Positions 13,801 to 26,786 of a stretch of DNA of 64,000 nucleotides are shown here, one piece after another. Position numbers and translations under genes: made by a program. Source of the stretch: Eledone cirrhosa (taxonomy: Eukaryota). The stretch covers positions 14,012,001 through 14,076,000 of the forward strand of contig OZ024756.1 in NCBI GenBank assembly GCA_964016885.1, given 5' to 3'. The first letter of the stretch is position 1. The number at the start of each line of letters is the position of its first letter. The notes below the pieces were generated by a model. It saw nothing but the letters and a program-made list of their open reading frames with translations. It made no database searches and was not told where the DNA came from.

Positions 13801-14250
13801 ATTACACCTGTCCTACCTTCCACAGTTGTTATATACTGTCATCATTACAATGTCACAATAACCACATTACACCTGTCCTATCTTCCACAGTTGTTATATA
13901 CTGTCATCATTACAATGTCACAATAACCACATTACACCTGTCCTACCTTCCACAGTTGTTATATACTGTCATCATTACAATGTCACAATAACCACATTAC
14001 ACCTGTCCTATCTTCCACAGTTGTTATATACTGTCATCATTACAATGTCACAATAACCACATTACACCTGTCCTACCTTCCACAGTTGTTATATACTGTC
14101 ATCATTACAATGTCACAATAACCACATTACACCTGTCCTATCTTCCACAGTTGCTATATACTGTCATCATTACAATTACACCTGTCCTATCTTCCACGGT
14201 TGTTATATACTGTCATCATTACAATTACACCTGTCCTATCTTCCACAGTT
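10865..14250. repeat. 65-bp minisatellite (~52 copies; four 49-bp variants)
   Basis: unit cagttgttatatactgtcatcattacaatgtcacaataaccacattacacctgtcctatcttcca. Confidence 0.97.
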
Positions 14251-14369
14251 ACTGGATGCAATGAATCATGACAGTGGAATTCCACTAAAGTCCCTACAAG
14301 TAGATGGCGGTATGTCTGTCAATTCTTTACTTATGCAGTTACAGGCTGATCTCTTGGGAATCAGTGTTG
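14249..14369 (+). CDS. GK: glycerol kinase exon ([40 protein letters not shown])
   Basis: acceptor ccacag supplied by the last minisatellite unit; donor gtaagt; VDGG motif. Confidence 0.95.
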
Positions 14370-14499
14370 GTAAGTTTTCTTCAAAGGAAATATCCACAAC
14401 ATATATATTACTTCTTCAAAATGGCTAATTAAATACAGACATGCTCTCTTCCTCTTCTTACCCTCATCTATCTTTCTGTTTCTTCAATCTCTCTCTTTA

Positions 14500-14535
14500 T
14501 CTTCTGATGAAGGATTAACATCCGAAATATTAAGA
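14500..14535 (+). ncRNA. minimal hammerhead-like motif (PLE type)
   Basis: TCTT-CTGATGA-A-GGAT taac ATCC-GAAA-TATT-AAGA; same element family as 4008-4043 (shared downstream flank). Confidence 0.6.
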
Positions 14536-14648
14536 CTCTTTTCTTACTACAACAAGCATTAAACTAATATATATCATCATTGTACTATTTCATTCTCTTA
14601 TGTTGTTTTTCTTCAATCACTATATATATATATATATATGTATATGTA

Positions 14649-14679
<31 letters not shown>

Positions 14680-14789
14680 GTTATGTGTATATATATGTGT
14701 GTATATATTTGTATATGTATGTGTGTATATATATATATATATGTATATATATGTGTGTATATATATATATATATGTGTCAGGTCACCAG

Positions 14790-15330
14790 TATTATGGTCA
14801 GGTCACCAGTTGGTGCTACTGGTAACATGTATTCCAGTACAACCTGTCCCATGGTCGGGTCGTTGGCGACTAAACTGGCAACCCCACTAAGGTTTCTTGG
14901 TGAGGAGGGTGACTTTGGACATCCTGCAGGACTAAAAACAAAACCTGTCAAAGGGCAAAGGAGCTCTTAAGAGTCAATGGCCATCCAAAATTACCGGGAG
15001 AGATGACCCCTTAGCCTTTGTCAAGGCAGAATTCTAGGAGAAGGAAAACTCTGATATAACACCTGGAACCCTGATGGTATCCAATGATGTTGACTTGTTC
15101 TTCTTTTTGGTAAATATCATCTTGGTTAAGAGAGTGGGACTGGCTTTGTGCAGTGCCTTTGCTCACTATAAAAGCTTCACGGCACAGGCATTGCTTTATA
15201 TCTGGAGATCTCTCTGCACTTGTCGTCACAGGGTACAATGGGCCTAGCACTATGGGTCAATAATTGTCACAAGTGTAGTGTTTGTACCAGAGTTTTCAAG
15301 TCGCTGGCTGGACTAAAGTCACATTCGTTC
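14790..15330 (+). mobile_element. short non-autonomous RTE-derived element (5' UTR-like head + C2H2 3' end), 3'-truncated copy
   Basis: near-identical to 16262-16790; encodes [19 protein letters not shown] remnant. Confidence 0.7.
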
Positions 15331-15525
15331 AGTGTGTATATATATATGTGTGTGTATATATATATGTGTGTGTGTATATATATATGTGTGTGTGTGTGTA
15401 TATATATATATGTGTGTATATATATATATGTGTGTATATATATATATATATATGTGTGTGTATATATATGTGTATATATATATATGTGTATATATATATG
15501 TATGTATATATATATTTGTGTGTAT

Positions 15526-15871
15526 ATTATTAGAAATGTAAGCTATCGCCGTATTTTGACTAAAGAAATTAAAGAAATTATTTAGCCTGATAGTGGGGTT
15601 AAGAACCCTCGGAGAAATGGAAAAAGATGAGTATTGACGTACATGGGAGTTGAACACACATCTTTGGTTATCCGGACCACTGTGGTACCATTTACACCAA
15701 TGTAAATGCTAGCACAGTGGTCCGGATAACCAAAGATGTGGGTTCAACTCCCATGTACGTCAATACTCATCTTTTTCCATTTCTCCGAGGGTTCTTAACC
15801 CCACTATCAGGCTAAATAATTTCTTTAATTTCTTTAGTCAAAATACGGCAATAGCTTACATTTCTAATAAT
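15526..15871. repeat. 346-bp near-perfect palindrome (171-bp arms, 4-nt loop) with tRNA-like A/B boxes
   Basis: arms match with about 4 mismatches around loop CCAA 15697-15700; TAGCACAGTGG...GGTTCAACTCC in the right arm; embedded in TA/TG microsatellite. Confidence 0.9.
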
Positions 15872-16261
15872 TTCAACCCACTCACTGTTTCGAAAATATT
15901 CTTACTTCATATGTGTATATATATGTGTGTGTATATATATGTGTGTATATATATATATTTTTAAGGAACGATCGACTTTCATCAAATCGGACCGAGGGAA
16001 CAATGTTTCTGTTGGTCTTTCCAATTGCTAATACTATCTATCGGTCGCAACTCCAGGTAGAAGGAGCAACGTGAAATAAAGTGTCTTGCTCAAGGACATA
16101 ACGCATCGCCTGGTCCAGGAATCGAACTCACAACCTTACGATTGCGAATCCAATTCTCTAACCACTCAGCCACATGCCTTCACATATATATGTATATATA
16201 TGTGTGTATATATATATGTATATATATTTATGTGTGTATATATATATTTATATATATTTAT

Positions 16262-16863
16262 GTCAGGTCACCAGTTGGTGCTACTGGTATCCCAGTACAA
16301 CCTGTCTCATGGTCGGGTCGTTGGCGACTCAACTGGCAACCCCACCAAGGTGTCTTGGTGAGGAGGGTGACTTTGGACATCCTAAAGGACTAAAAACAAA
16401 ACCTCTCAAAGGGCAAAGGAGCTCTTAAGAGTCAATGGCCATCCAAAATCACCGGTAGAGATGACCCCTTAGCCTTTGTCAAGGCAGAATTCTAGGAGAA
16501 GGAAAACTCTGATATAACACCTGGAACCCTGATGGTATCCAATGATGTTGACTTGTTCTTCTTTTTGGTAAATATCATCTTGGTTAAGATAGTGGGACTG
16601 GCTTTGTGCAGTGCCTTTGCTCACTATAAAAGCTTCACGGCACAAGCATTGCTTTGAATCTGGAGATCTCTCTGCACTTGTCGTCACGTGGTACCATGGG
16701 CTCAGCACTATGTGTCAATAATTGTCACAAGTGTAGTGTTTGTACCAGAGTTTTCAAGTCGTTGGCTGGACTAAAAAGTCACACTTGTTCAACGCATCGG
16801 TAGGGGTTCTCCTACATGGATATAAAGTAGTGGCCGTACTCGAAAACGAGTTGGCAGCCACCA
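16262..16863 (+). mobile_element. short non-autonomous RTE-derived element, complete copy (~600 bp)
   Basis: head also at ~35510-35645; tail (ctcgaaaacgag hairpin, ccaccatatat) also at 26866-27030. Confidence 0.7.
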
Positions 16864-16919
16864 TATATATGTGTATATATATGTGTGTGTATATATATAT
16901 CTATATGTATATATATATA

Positions 16920-16966
<47 letters not shown>

Positions 16967-17073
16967 ATATATACATATATATATATATATTTTGTTTGTT
17001 TGTTGTTGATTTTTCATGTGTAAGACAATAGCCTCTCTCGTTAATATTAATTAGTTTGTGTTAATTACAACAG

Positions 17074-17217
17074 TAAGACCATCCATGCCAGAAACTACAG
17101 CTCTAGGAGCAGCTATGGCAGCGGGGTGTGCTGAAGAAATCAATGTTTGGAATATGGATCCTACCAAATATCCCAAGACTATTACAGACACCTTCTTACC
17201 ATCAATTTCAGCAACTG
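17074..17217 (+). CDS. GK: glycerol kinase exon (VRPSMPETTALGAAMAAGCAEEINVWNMDPTKYPKTITDTFLPSISAT)
   Basis: caacag / gtaaat; ETTALGAA motif. Confidence 0.95.
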
Positions 17218-17239
17218 GTAAATAATTCTCTCTCTCTCT

Positions 17240-17875
17240 CCACAATAGCCACAACAACAATCATCACCACTGCAATAGCCACCACAACAACACCTACCAC
17301 CACCATCACCACTACAATAACACCACTACCACCAACACCACCACCACTACCACCACCACTACCACCACCACCACAATAACACAACAAAAACCACCACAAC
17401 TACCACCAACACCCCCACAACTACAACCACCACCAACACCACTAAAATAATACAACAACAACTACCACCACCATCACCACTACAATAACATAACTACCAC
17501 CACCAACACCACAACAACTACCACCACCACCACTACAATAACACAAGAACAACTACCACCACCATCACCACTACAATAACACAACAACAACTACCGCCAC
17601 CATCACCACTACAATAACACAACAACAACTACCGCCACCATCACCACTACAATAACACAACTACCACCACCACAACCACAAGTACAACTACCACCATCAC
17701 CACTAAAATAACACAACAACTACCACCACCATCACCACTACAATAACACAACTACCACCAACACCACAACAACTACCACCACCACTACCACAACACAACA
17801 AAAACCACCACAACTACCATCAACACCACCACAACAACAACTACCACCAGCACCACAACAATAACAACATCAATA
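17240..17875. repeat. (ACC/ACA)n degenerate microsatellite
   Basis: direct reading. Confidence 0.9.
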
Positions 17876-17897
17876 ATTTACCATTTCTACATTTCAG

Positions 17898-17978
17898 AAC
17901 GTGATAAAAGGTTCCAGTGGTGGAAGCTGGCAGTTAGCCGTTCTCTCAACTGGAAACTGGATTCTCCAGATTTCAGTG
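17898..17978 (+). CDS. GK: glycerol kinase exon (ERDKRFQWWKLAVSRSLNWKLDSPDFS)
   Basis: tttcag / gtatgt; WKxAVxRSxxW C-terminal helix. Confidence 0.92.
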
Positions 17979-17985
17979 GTATGTT

Positions 17986-18181
17986 TCTGCATTACGACAT
18001 TATGACGCTGTATGTTTGTGTGTGTGTGTATATATGTATATATAGCGTGTGTATATATATATAGTGTGTGTAACGTTTTTCGAAATATTTACTTCTGCGT
18101 TCACAAATTGATTTTTTTTAGTTTCAGAAGATCCCGTTAAGGGTGAAAGCAGCGATTCTTTGCATAAACTTTAAACTGTTA

Positions 18182-18241
<60 letters not shown>

Positions 18242-18387
18242 TATATTCGTGTACAGATATTTTTGCATACACAATAACAAAATATAAACAAACGTATTTA
18301 TTTCATGAGGATCGATAAGGATAAATATATATCAAATATATAAGAACCCTAGAGCAAATCCCGAGCAATGCCGGGCCATTCTGCTAG
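17986..18387 (+). mobile_element. Helitron-like element, second copy
   Basis: 3' hairpin cccgagcaatgccggg then ccattctgCTAG-T. Confidence 0.7.
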
Positions 18388-18638
18388 TATAATATAAAAG
18401 AGAGATCTTTATTGGTTGGTTGGTTGCACGAAAACTACAATCACACACACACAAACACACATACATATACACACATCTAAAGAGAGAGAGAGAGAGAGAG
18501 AGAGAGACCCAGAGTGAGAGGAAGAGAGAGAGAGAGAGACCCAGACCCAGAGTGAGAGGCAGAGAGAGAGAAAGATAGGCTGTTATACAGAGAGATTTAC
18601 AATTAAAGTGTTAGATATTCAGAGAAAGAGAGAGAGAG

Positions 18639-18691
<53 letters not shown>

Positions 18692-18939
18692 CGCCCACAA
18701 AAATCTTTGATTTTACAGAACAAAGAAAAAATTGATACTATTTGAAATTAATCTACTGTGTAGATTAAGTTAGTTTTTGTCTGCCAGTTGGTTGAAATGA
18801 AAGAGAAATTCACAAACAATATAAAAAAAGACTTGGGAATAAAGGTTCAAGTAAACATTGTGACATTCAGCAGAATATGAGATGGGAAACAGAAATGTTA
18901 AGACAACATGAAAGACGATCACAAAATATTGTCTATATG

Positions 18940-20090
18940 CTTCAGCTTCGGCTTGTTCCTGTGAGGGGTTGGGTCTTCTGTATTACTGCGTGACGCCAGA
19001 GGTCACGGTCGTGTGTCATTTCCCTTGAGAGGTGCAATTGGGTAAGGTCGGCCTTTATCACCTCATCCCAGGTCTTCTTTGGTTTCCCCACTCCGCGGCT
19101 TCCATCGACTTCTAGTACTCTGCCCCTTTATATGCAGCTGTCATCCTTCATACGCATCACATGTCCATACCAACGCAATCTCCTCACCTGCACACAGCAT
19201 TTGATTCCTTTTATGCTCAGTCTCTCTCTCAATTCGTTTATACTTTGCCGTTTGCGTTTATTACTATTACACATCCATCGGAGCATGCAAGGTTCGTTTC
19301 TTTCTAATCTGCGCAAGTTTTTGACAGACAGCGCCCAGGTTTCACTACCATGTAACAATGCTGTTCTGCCTTTCATTTTGAGAGAAAAGCTTTTGCAGCT
19401 AGCAGTGGCAGTAGCGCCCTGAACTTCTTCCATCCCGTTCTTACCCTAGTTCTTGTACTTTCCGAACACCCACCTCCGCTGCTAATTCGGTCACCTAGGT
19501 AGCAGAAGCTGTCTACTGTTTCTACAGAGTCCTCCCAGAGTTTGGTGGTACTTGTTTCCTGTGGCTGTTTGGTGCTTGCTGTCCCAGCACAGCTGCTACA
19601 TGTGAAGCCTACATTCTTAGTTAAGCTTCCTGAGATCCCACTACATCTCTTGTGTACCCATTGTTTGCATTTGGGGCAGAGGATGGAGTTCCTACCTACA
19701 CGTTTCCTACATACTGAGCAAGGCCATTTCCCTGAGGGGATCTGGGTTCTGTTTTCTCGTCTACTTAAAAGAACCTTAGTCTTTGTCAGGTTGACTTTGA
19801 GACCCTTTCTTTCTAGTCCCTGCTTCCATGTTTGGAATTTCTTCTCTAGTTCCACCATAGATTCAACTATAAGTGCGAGATCATCCACATATAGGAGTTC
19901 CCATGGGCATCCGGTCTTAAACTCCTCCGTTATTGCCTGCAAAACTATAATGAACAGGAAAGGCCTAAGAACTGAGCCCTGGTGGACACCGACCTGTATA
20001 CTAAATTCCTCGCTATAGTCATTGCTGACTGTTCCTCTATACATGGCTTGTACAGCTTTCACAAGCCATTCATCTACTCCTAATTTTCTA
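18940..20090 (-). mobile_element. RTE-clade LINE fragment (RT + C-terminal region), frameshifted
   Basis: GVHQGSVL..FLF, PWELLYVDDLAL, GLKVN..KTK, PHD-like Cxx[31 protein letters not shown]. Confidence 0.93.
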
Positions 20091-20408
20091 GAAATGTGTA
20101 TGTTTATATATATAGTGTGTGTATATATGTATGTTTATATATATAGTATGTGTATGTTTATATATATAGTGTGTGTATATGTGTATGCTTGTCAGTATGA
20201 ATGTCATATCAACACTGTTGAAGGCCTGTGGTGACAGTTGTTTATGTTCCCCATAATATAAAACAAATAAAAACAGAAATAAAAACAGAAAAAGGTGTGG
20301 ATTGACATCAGGCCAGAATATATAAAAAATAATATGTCAGAAACACTTATGAGGATGATGATGATTGTGTTTAATGTTGTACTTGTTGTTGCTGTGATGT
20401 TAATAGTA

Positions 20409-20446
<38 letters not shown>

Positions 20447-20857
20447 TTCAGCTTGATCAGTGTTGTTTGAACAGATTTTGTATTACAGGCAGTATTTTTG
20501 TCTGTGTTTTTTTTTCCATGCTTGTATAGGTTGGACATGTCTTTACCAGCATAGCATGTGTTGGATGTGTCTTTTCCATGCTTGTATGGGTTGGACATGT
20601 CTTTTCCAGCATAGCACCAATTGTCACATTCTGTTGCCATCCCCTTTGTTAGGCTCAGCCTACAGTGAGCAGTTTTAGTCACCATCCCATGTCTTCATCC
20701 TTGGTCTTCCTCTTCTGCAAGTTCTATCCTATTGGAACTCCTCTCACTTCTTTACCCAACAGGCATTATCCATTTTCATTACATATGCATACCAGCGCAG
20801 TCTTCTCCCATGCACACAACATCTAATAGCCAGTTGTACACCCAGTTTTTCTCTCTA

Positions 20858-20914
<57 letters not shown>

Positions 20915-21160
20915 AAGAATTCATATCTAGTAACATATATATACATACAGATGCATATCAATGCTAGCAAATATATAGGTTTTGTCTTAAATAACAGTGT
21001 GGTTCAATGCATGGGGTTGCAGAACAATAATATAAGAGACGTAAAATAAGAAAATTATAAAATTAACTTACTTACTAAAATATCACTTCCAACTAATTAG
21101 TTTCTGGAATAAATGGAGTAAATATATTTTCCGAAGAATAATATAGAGAATCATTCCGTC

Positions 21161-21195
<35 letters not shown>

Positions 21196-22220
21196 CATAT
21201 ATGTGTGTTTAAACAATAAAAGTGTTTCTGAGAAAGACTGCCGATTGAACTGGATCTTCAAGACTAGAAATGGGGAGTAACTTAACCACTATTGTTTCAA
21301 CTCTGATTCAATCAAAGTTGTTTCAAATTTGATTGACAGGTGGAGAATGAAAAGAACCAAATAGTGGACAACCATGAGTGGCTAGAAATATCGATGACGT
21401 GTACAATTCTTGACCACTCATGGAATGAGAACAACAACAGGATCTAAGCCAACAGGTGAAGGATAGTGATGTAAAAGGACATTAGGAAAATCTGCTTCGT
21501 AGAATCAAGACGTATCTGAGGACCTTGCGATTTTCAAAGTCAGGTTCGATCATCACATTGATCGTGCCTCAAGCTGGTCGCCAGAGAAACGATTGTAATA
21601 TGTCCAATAAACTCCATTCATCGCAACACTAATTCTCTTTTTTTCTGTGATATCATACTCTGCTCTGTGAGAGCATCGAGTGCTCAAACAGCCTACCGCA
21701 TACGGACGCTTTAAGCAACCAACACCAATTATATATATATATATATATATATATAATTGACTGGGGTACTAGTGAGGTTTCACACCCCTCCATCACCACC
21801 AACACGTCATCGATTTATTATCCAAGGGAGATAATTAAGATTCAGCTGTTATATTTCATTACTAAAGGCCTTTAGTAATGAAACTTGGCAGATTAAATAT
21901 ACGACTAACCGTTACTGGCATAACATCTAGCAAGGTTATCTCCCTTCTTCACTCTCCTCTCTACAAAAGGTCTCACACAGAACTCTTCAGGTTCACAATT
22001 ATCTTCTATTCTCCAGGTAACAAAGAGGATCACAAAGAGAGGTAACTTCTTCAGATTTTAGCTGTTTATGTTTGTGTGTGTCTGTGTATATATGTGTGTA
22101 TGTGTATATATCTATATATTTATATATATATAAGCAGGATATCCATAGATAATAGGGAAGGGAAACAATGCTCAATCTATTGCAAGAGAGCTTATTTAGT
22201 ATAACCAAAATTTCATACAC

Positions 22221-22336
22221 TTAACCTTCTGGGTGCTCTAGGCGCCTTATGTCGCCAGTAGAGAAATCTCCCCTTAATACATAATGCAGTGTCAGGGGAA
22301 GCAATTCATAAAAAGATTCAATGTGCTAAAGGTTAA
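22221..22336 (+). mobile_element. small (~115 bp) TTAA MITE
   Basis: TTAACCTT...AAGGTTAA; inverted copy 30651-30777; interrupted copy 8063-8465. Confidence 0.75.
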
Positions 22337-22524
22337 CATGTATGCACAACCTTAGGTTTCAAGGTCCTGTTATGGTCAACACTGTATGGTGGAGGAGCTC
22401 TAATCGAGTGCCAGGACAAAATTACCCTGGCACCCAATGAGAGGCCAGTTTTGAAATGACACCTCCACTATACAGTGGTGGCCATAACTGGACTTTAAAA
22501 CCTATGGTTAAGCATACATGTTAA
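22333..22524. mobile_element. diverged fold-back element with degenerate hammerhead
   Basis: ttaacatgtatgc...gtggagg is inverted to cctccac...gcatacatgttaa; related copy at ~48587-48698. Confidence 0.55.
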
Positions 22525-22544
22525 GTGTATGAAATTTAAAATAT

Positions 22545-22623
<79 letters not shown>

Positions 22624-22672
22624 ATATATATATGTGTATATATATATATATATGTATATATGTGTGTGTATA

Positions 22673-22723
<51 letters not shown>

Positions 22724-22780
22724 GTGTGTGTATATATATATGTGTATATATATATATATATGTATATATGTGTGTGTATA

Positions 22781-22835
<55 letters not shown>

Positions 22836-23279
22836 GTGTGTGTATATATATGTGTGTATATATATATATATGTATATATATGTGTATATGTATATATATG
22901 CATATATATATGTGTATATATGCATATATATATGTATATATATGCATATATATATGTATATATATGCATATATATATGTATATATATGCATATATATATG
23001 TATATATATGCATATATATATATGGTATATATATGCATATATATATATGGTATATATATGCATATATATATATGGTATATATATATGGTATATATATGCA
23101 TATATATATGTATATATATATATATATTGTTATGCTTTGGGAGGGTCATGTTGCTAATAAGAAACACACGCACCAGTTGCTTTCACTCCAATTTATTATA
23201 AATTAAATTTATAAATTTAAGAATTTATAAATTTCCGGTTGGTTGGATGGTTCCACAACCGGACGGTTGTTCATATATT

Positions 23280-23322
23280 GTCAAAGTTCTTTCGTCACAC
23301 ATTCTGTGACCTCTTCAGTGAC
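23280..23322 (-). ncRNA. type I hammerhead-like motif
   Basis: rc: GTCA-CTGAAGA-G-GTCAC agaatgt GTGAC-GAAA-GAACTT-TGAC. Confidence 0.6.
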
Positions 23323-23778
23323 TGGGGATTCTTTTCTTTGTTTTTGTACCTCTCCTTTGTTCTGTCCTACACCATCTTGTTTTTGTGCCTAGAGCACCCG
23401 ATGTAAAAACTGATGACAGGGTGATGATTGAGATCATTCTCGATACAAATAGGCTGGGTCCCTAGCGGATGAAATTAGTCTGGGTTTTTGTACTTACATA
23501 ATAAGTATTTGGCTGCGTAAGAACAACGATTATAGAAATCAGACCTTGAATTTAGACAGGTGGTGCAGGATATTTATTTCATTCTTCAATGCACAACCCG
23601 CAAGACAAATTCCCATTTCCGTATGACCTAGATTTAGTCAGAACTTTCATTGAATGGAGTAATCCGCGCCTGCCTCCTTCAGTGACCATATGTGGCTTGC
23701 GAGCTTTGTGGCTAATCATTTATCCGGGTGTCCAAACGCTCTCTGATGATTAAGGAAGTATATGTGTGTCTATATATC

Positions 23779-23810
<32 letters not shown>

Positions 23811-24091
23811 GGGAGAGAGATGGTTTTATGTATATACCCTCTGTTTATTATATAATCCTGTTATGCACACTTTAAAGACATCACAGTGATTGTATAATAA
23901 TCCTTTGATGTGTTGTCATCAGACAGGTATTAAGATGCAATATTATTTTGTTTTTTGACATGGGATGCATATGAAGGATGACAGCTGCATACAATCATTG
24001 TGTAGTGCTTATGTCTGAATACACTAGTCGTTCGATTAACTGATCAACCAACGTTTCTTTACTTGAATATATATCTATATATCTATATAAG

Positions 24092-24128
<37 letters not shown>

Positions 24129-24569
24129 CTATTTTGTATCTGTAGTGAGTGAATATCACTACTGAGATAGCTGTGACATGATCAAAGCTTTTTAACCTTT
24201 AGAACACTGAATTTTGTTAATGAATTCCTTCCCTTCATAGCACGACTCTTTTATGTATATTATACATTAACGTATCATATACACCCCTATGACGAACAAC
24301 TTTATGTTAGTGCCACTTTTATATATATATATATATATATAAAGTTTTATCTCAAATTAAATTCAGTTAAGACAGTTTCATATTTAATTGTTCTTTTGTT
24401 GATTAAATATATATATAAATATATACATACATATGGGTGCCAGTATATATGTGTGTGTGTATGTGTGTACGTATTCTTGGGTTCGGTTCTTTTGTTGTTC
24501 TGCATCCCTAAACAGTCACTATGGAAACAATCCTACTGACTTGTTGACTAATTCCACTTTCTGTTAGCT

Positions 24570-26050
24570 TTAACCCTTTAGCATTTAAACCGACCATATC
24601 CGGCCAGAATTCTCTCACTCTGTCTGTTCAAACTGGCTGTAACCAACCACTCATACTGATGTTAAGGTATTCTTCTAAAAAAGAATACCATCAAAATCTC
24701 ATAGATTTGATATTATGTGAGGTAAAGCCTTTACTGTGAAAATACAGTAGTAAATATTGAGTAATGTAAATGTTATGTGAGATATTATGTGAGGTAAAGC
24801 CTTTACTGTGAAAATACAGTAGTAAATATTGAGTAATGTAAATGTTATGTGAGATATTATGTGAGGTAAAGCGTTTACTGTGAAAATACAGTAGTAAATA
24901 TTGAGTAATGTAAATGCTATGTGAGATATTATGTGAGGTAAAGCCTTTACTGTGAAAATACAATAGTATATATAGAGTAATGTAAATGTTATGTGAGATA
25001 TTATGTGAGGTAAAGCCTTTACTGTGAAAATACAGTAGTAAATATAGAGTAATGTAAATGTTATGTGAGATATTATATGAGGTAAAGCCTTTACTGTGAA
25101 AATACAGTAGTAAATATTGAGTAATGTAAATGTTATGTGAGATATTATGTGAGGTAAAGCCTTTACTGTGAAAATACAGTAGTAAATATAGAGTAATGTA
25201 AATGTTATGTGAGATATTATATGAGGTAAAGCCTTTACTGTGAAAATACAGTAGTAAATATTGAGTAATGTAAATGCTATGTGAGATATTATGTGAGGTA
25301 AAGCCTTTACTGTGAAAATACAATAGTAAATATTGAGTAATGTAAATGTTATGTGAGATATTATGTGAGGTAAAGCCTTTACTGTGAAAATACAGTAGTA
25401 TATATTGAGTAATGTAAATGTTATGTGAGATATTATGTGAGGTAAAGCCTTTACTGTGAAAATACAATAGTATATATTGAGTAATGTAAATGTTATGTGA
25501 GATATTATGTGAGGTAAAGCCTTTACTGTGAAAATACAGTAGTATATATAGAGTAATGTAAATGTTATGTGAGGTATTATGTGAGGTAAAGCCTTTACTG
25601 TGAAAATACAATAGTATATATTGAGTAATGTAAATGTTGTGAGATATTATGTGAGGTAAAGCCTTTACTGTGAAAATACAGTAGTAAATATTGAGTAATG
25701 TAAATGTTATGTGAGATATTATGTGAGGTAAAGCCTTTACTGTGAAAATACAGTAGTAAATATTGAGTGAGGTAAAGCCTTTACTGTGAAAATACAATAG
25801 TAAATATTGAGTAATGTAAATGTTATGTGAGATATTATGTGAGGTAAAGCCTTTACTGTGAAAATACAATAGTAAATATTGAGTAATGTAAATGTTATGT
25901 GAGATATTATGTGAGGTAAAGCCTTTACTGTGAAAATACAATAGTAAATATTGAGTAATGTAAATGTTATGTGAGATATTATGTGAGGTAAAGCCTTTAC
26001 TGTGAAAATACAATGGTAAATATAGAGTAATGTAAATGCTAAAGGGTTAA
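24570..26050 (+). mobile_element. piggyBac-type (TTAA) MITE with internal 72-bp array (~18 units)
   Basis: TTAA-CCCTTTAGCATTTA...TAAATGCTAAAGGG-TTAA. Confidence 0.9.
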
Positions 26051-26499
26051 AACATCTCACCTCTCATCATTTGTTGACATTCACTAATTCTCTCCTTTTC
26101 ATCTCTCCTAATAACAAATCTACAATCTTCCTGATCCTTCATCTTCTGCTTCTTCCCCTTCTGCTACTTCTCCTTTCCCTTCTTCAAGCTTTCTTCTTTA
26201 GTCCGCTACCTCCACTATCAGTTCAGTTCTAACCAATTTATTATTTGCAGTGGAATGATAGGGACCCCAGTCATATCATCTCACTTCTACAGCTGAGTAA
26301 ACTGGAGCAATGTGAAATAAAGTGTCTTGTTCAAGGAAACAACACATCACCCGGTCTGAGTGATGTGTGTATATATATATATACATATGTATATATATAT
26401 ATATATTTATACATATGTATATATATGTATATATATATATCTATATATATATACATATGTATATATATGTATATACATATGTATATATATATATGTATG

Positions 26500-26584
<85 letters not shown>

Positions 26585-26707
26585 GTATATATATGTATAT
26601 GTATATATATATATGTATATGTATATATATGTATATGTATATATATATATTTATATATATGTATATTTATATATATGTATATGTATATATATATATTTAT
26701 ATATATG

Positions 26708-26743
<36 letters not shown>

Positions 26744-26751
26744 GATATATG

Positions 26752-26786
<35 letters not shown>

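Noticed and set aside
10865-14250. Regular array resembling a CRISPR
   Set aside because: Units are contiguous and near-identical with no spacers; eukaryotic intron with no cas genes.
23405-23450. Plus-strand CTGATGA + hairpin; similar motif at ~21660-21690
   Set aside because: GAAA is mutated (GATA) or core bases are missing, and helices I and III are not recoverable; too degenerate to call.
24691-26013. 440-aa repeat ORF (YFHSKGFTSHNISHNIYITQYLLL)n
   Set aside because: A 72-bp unit (a multiple of 3) inside a MITE; no coding signature.
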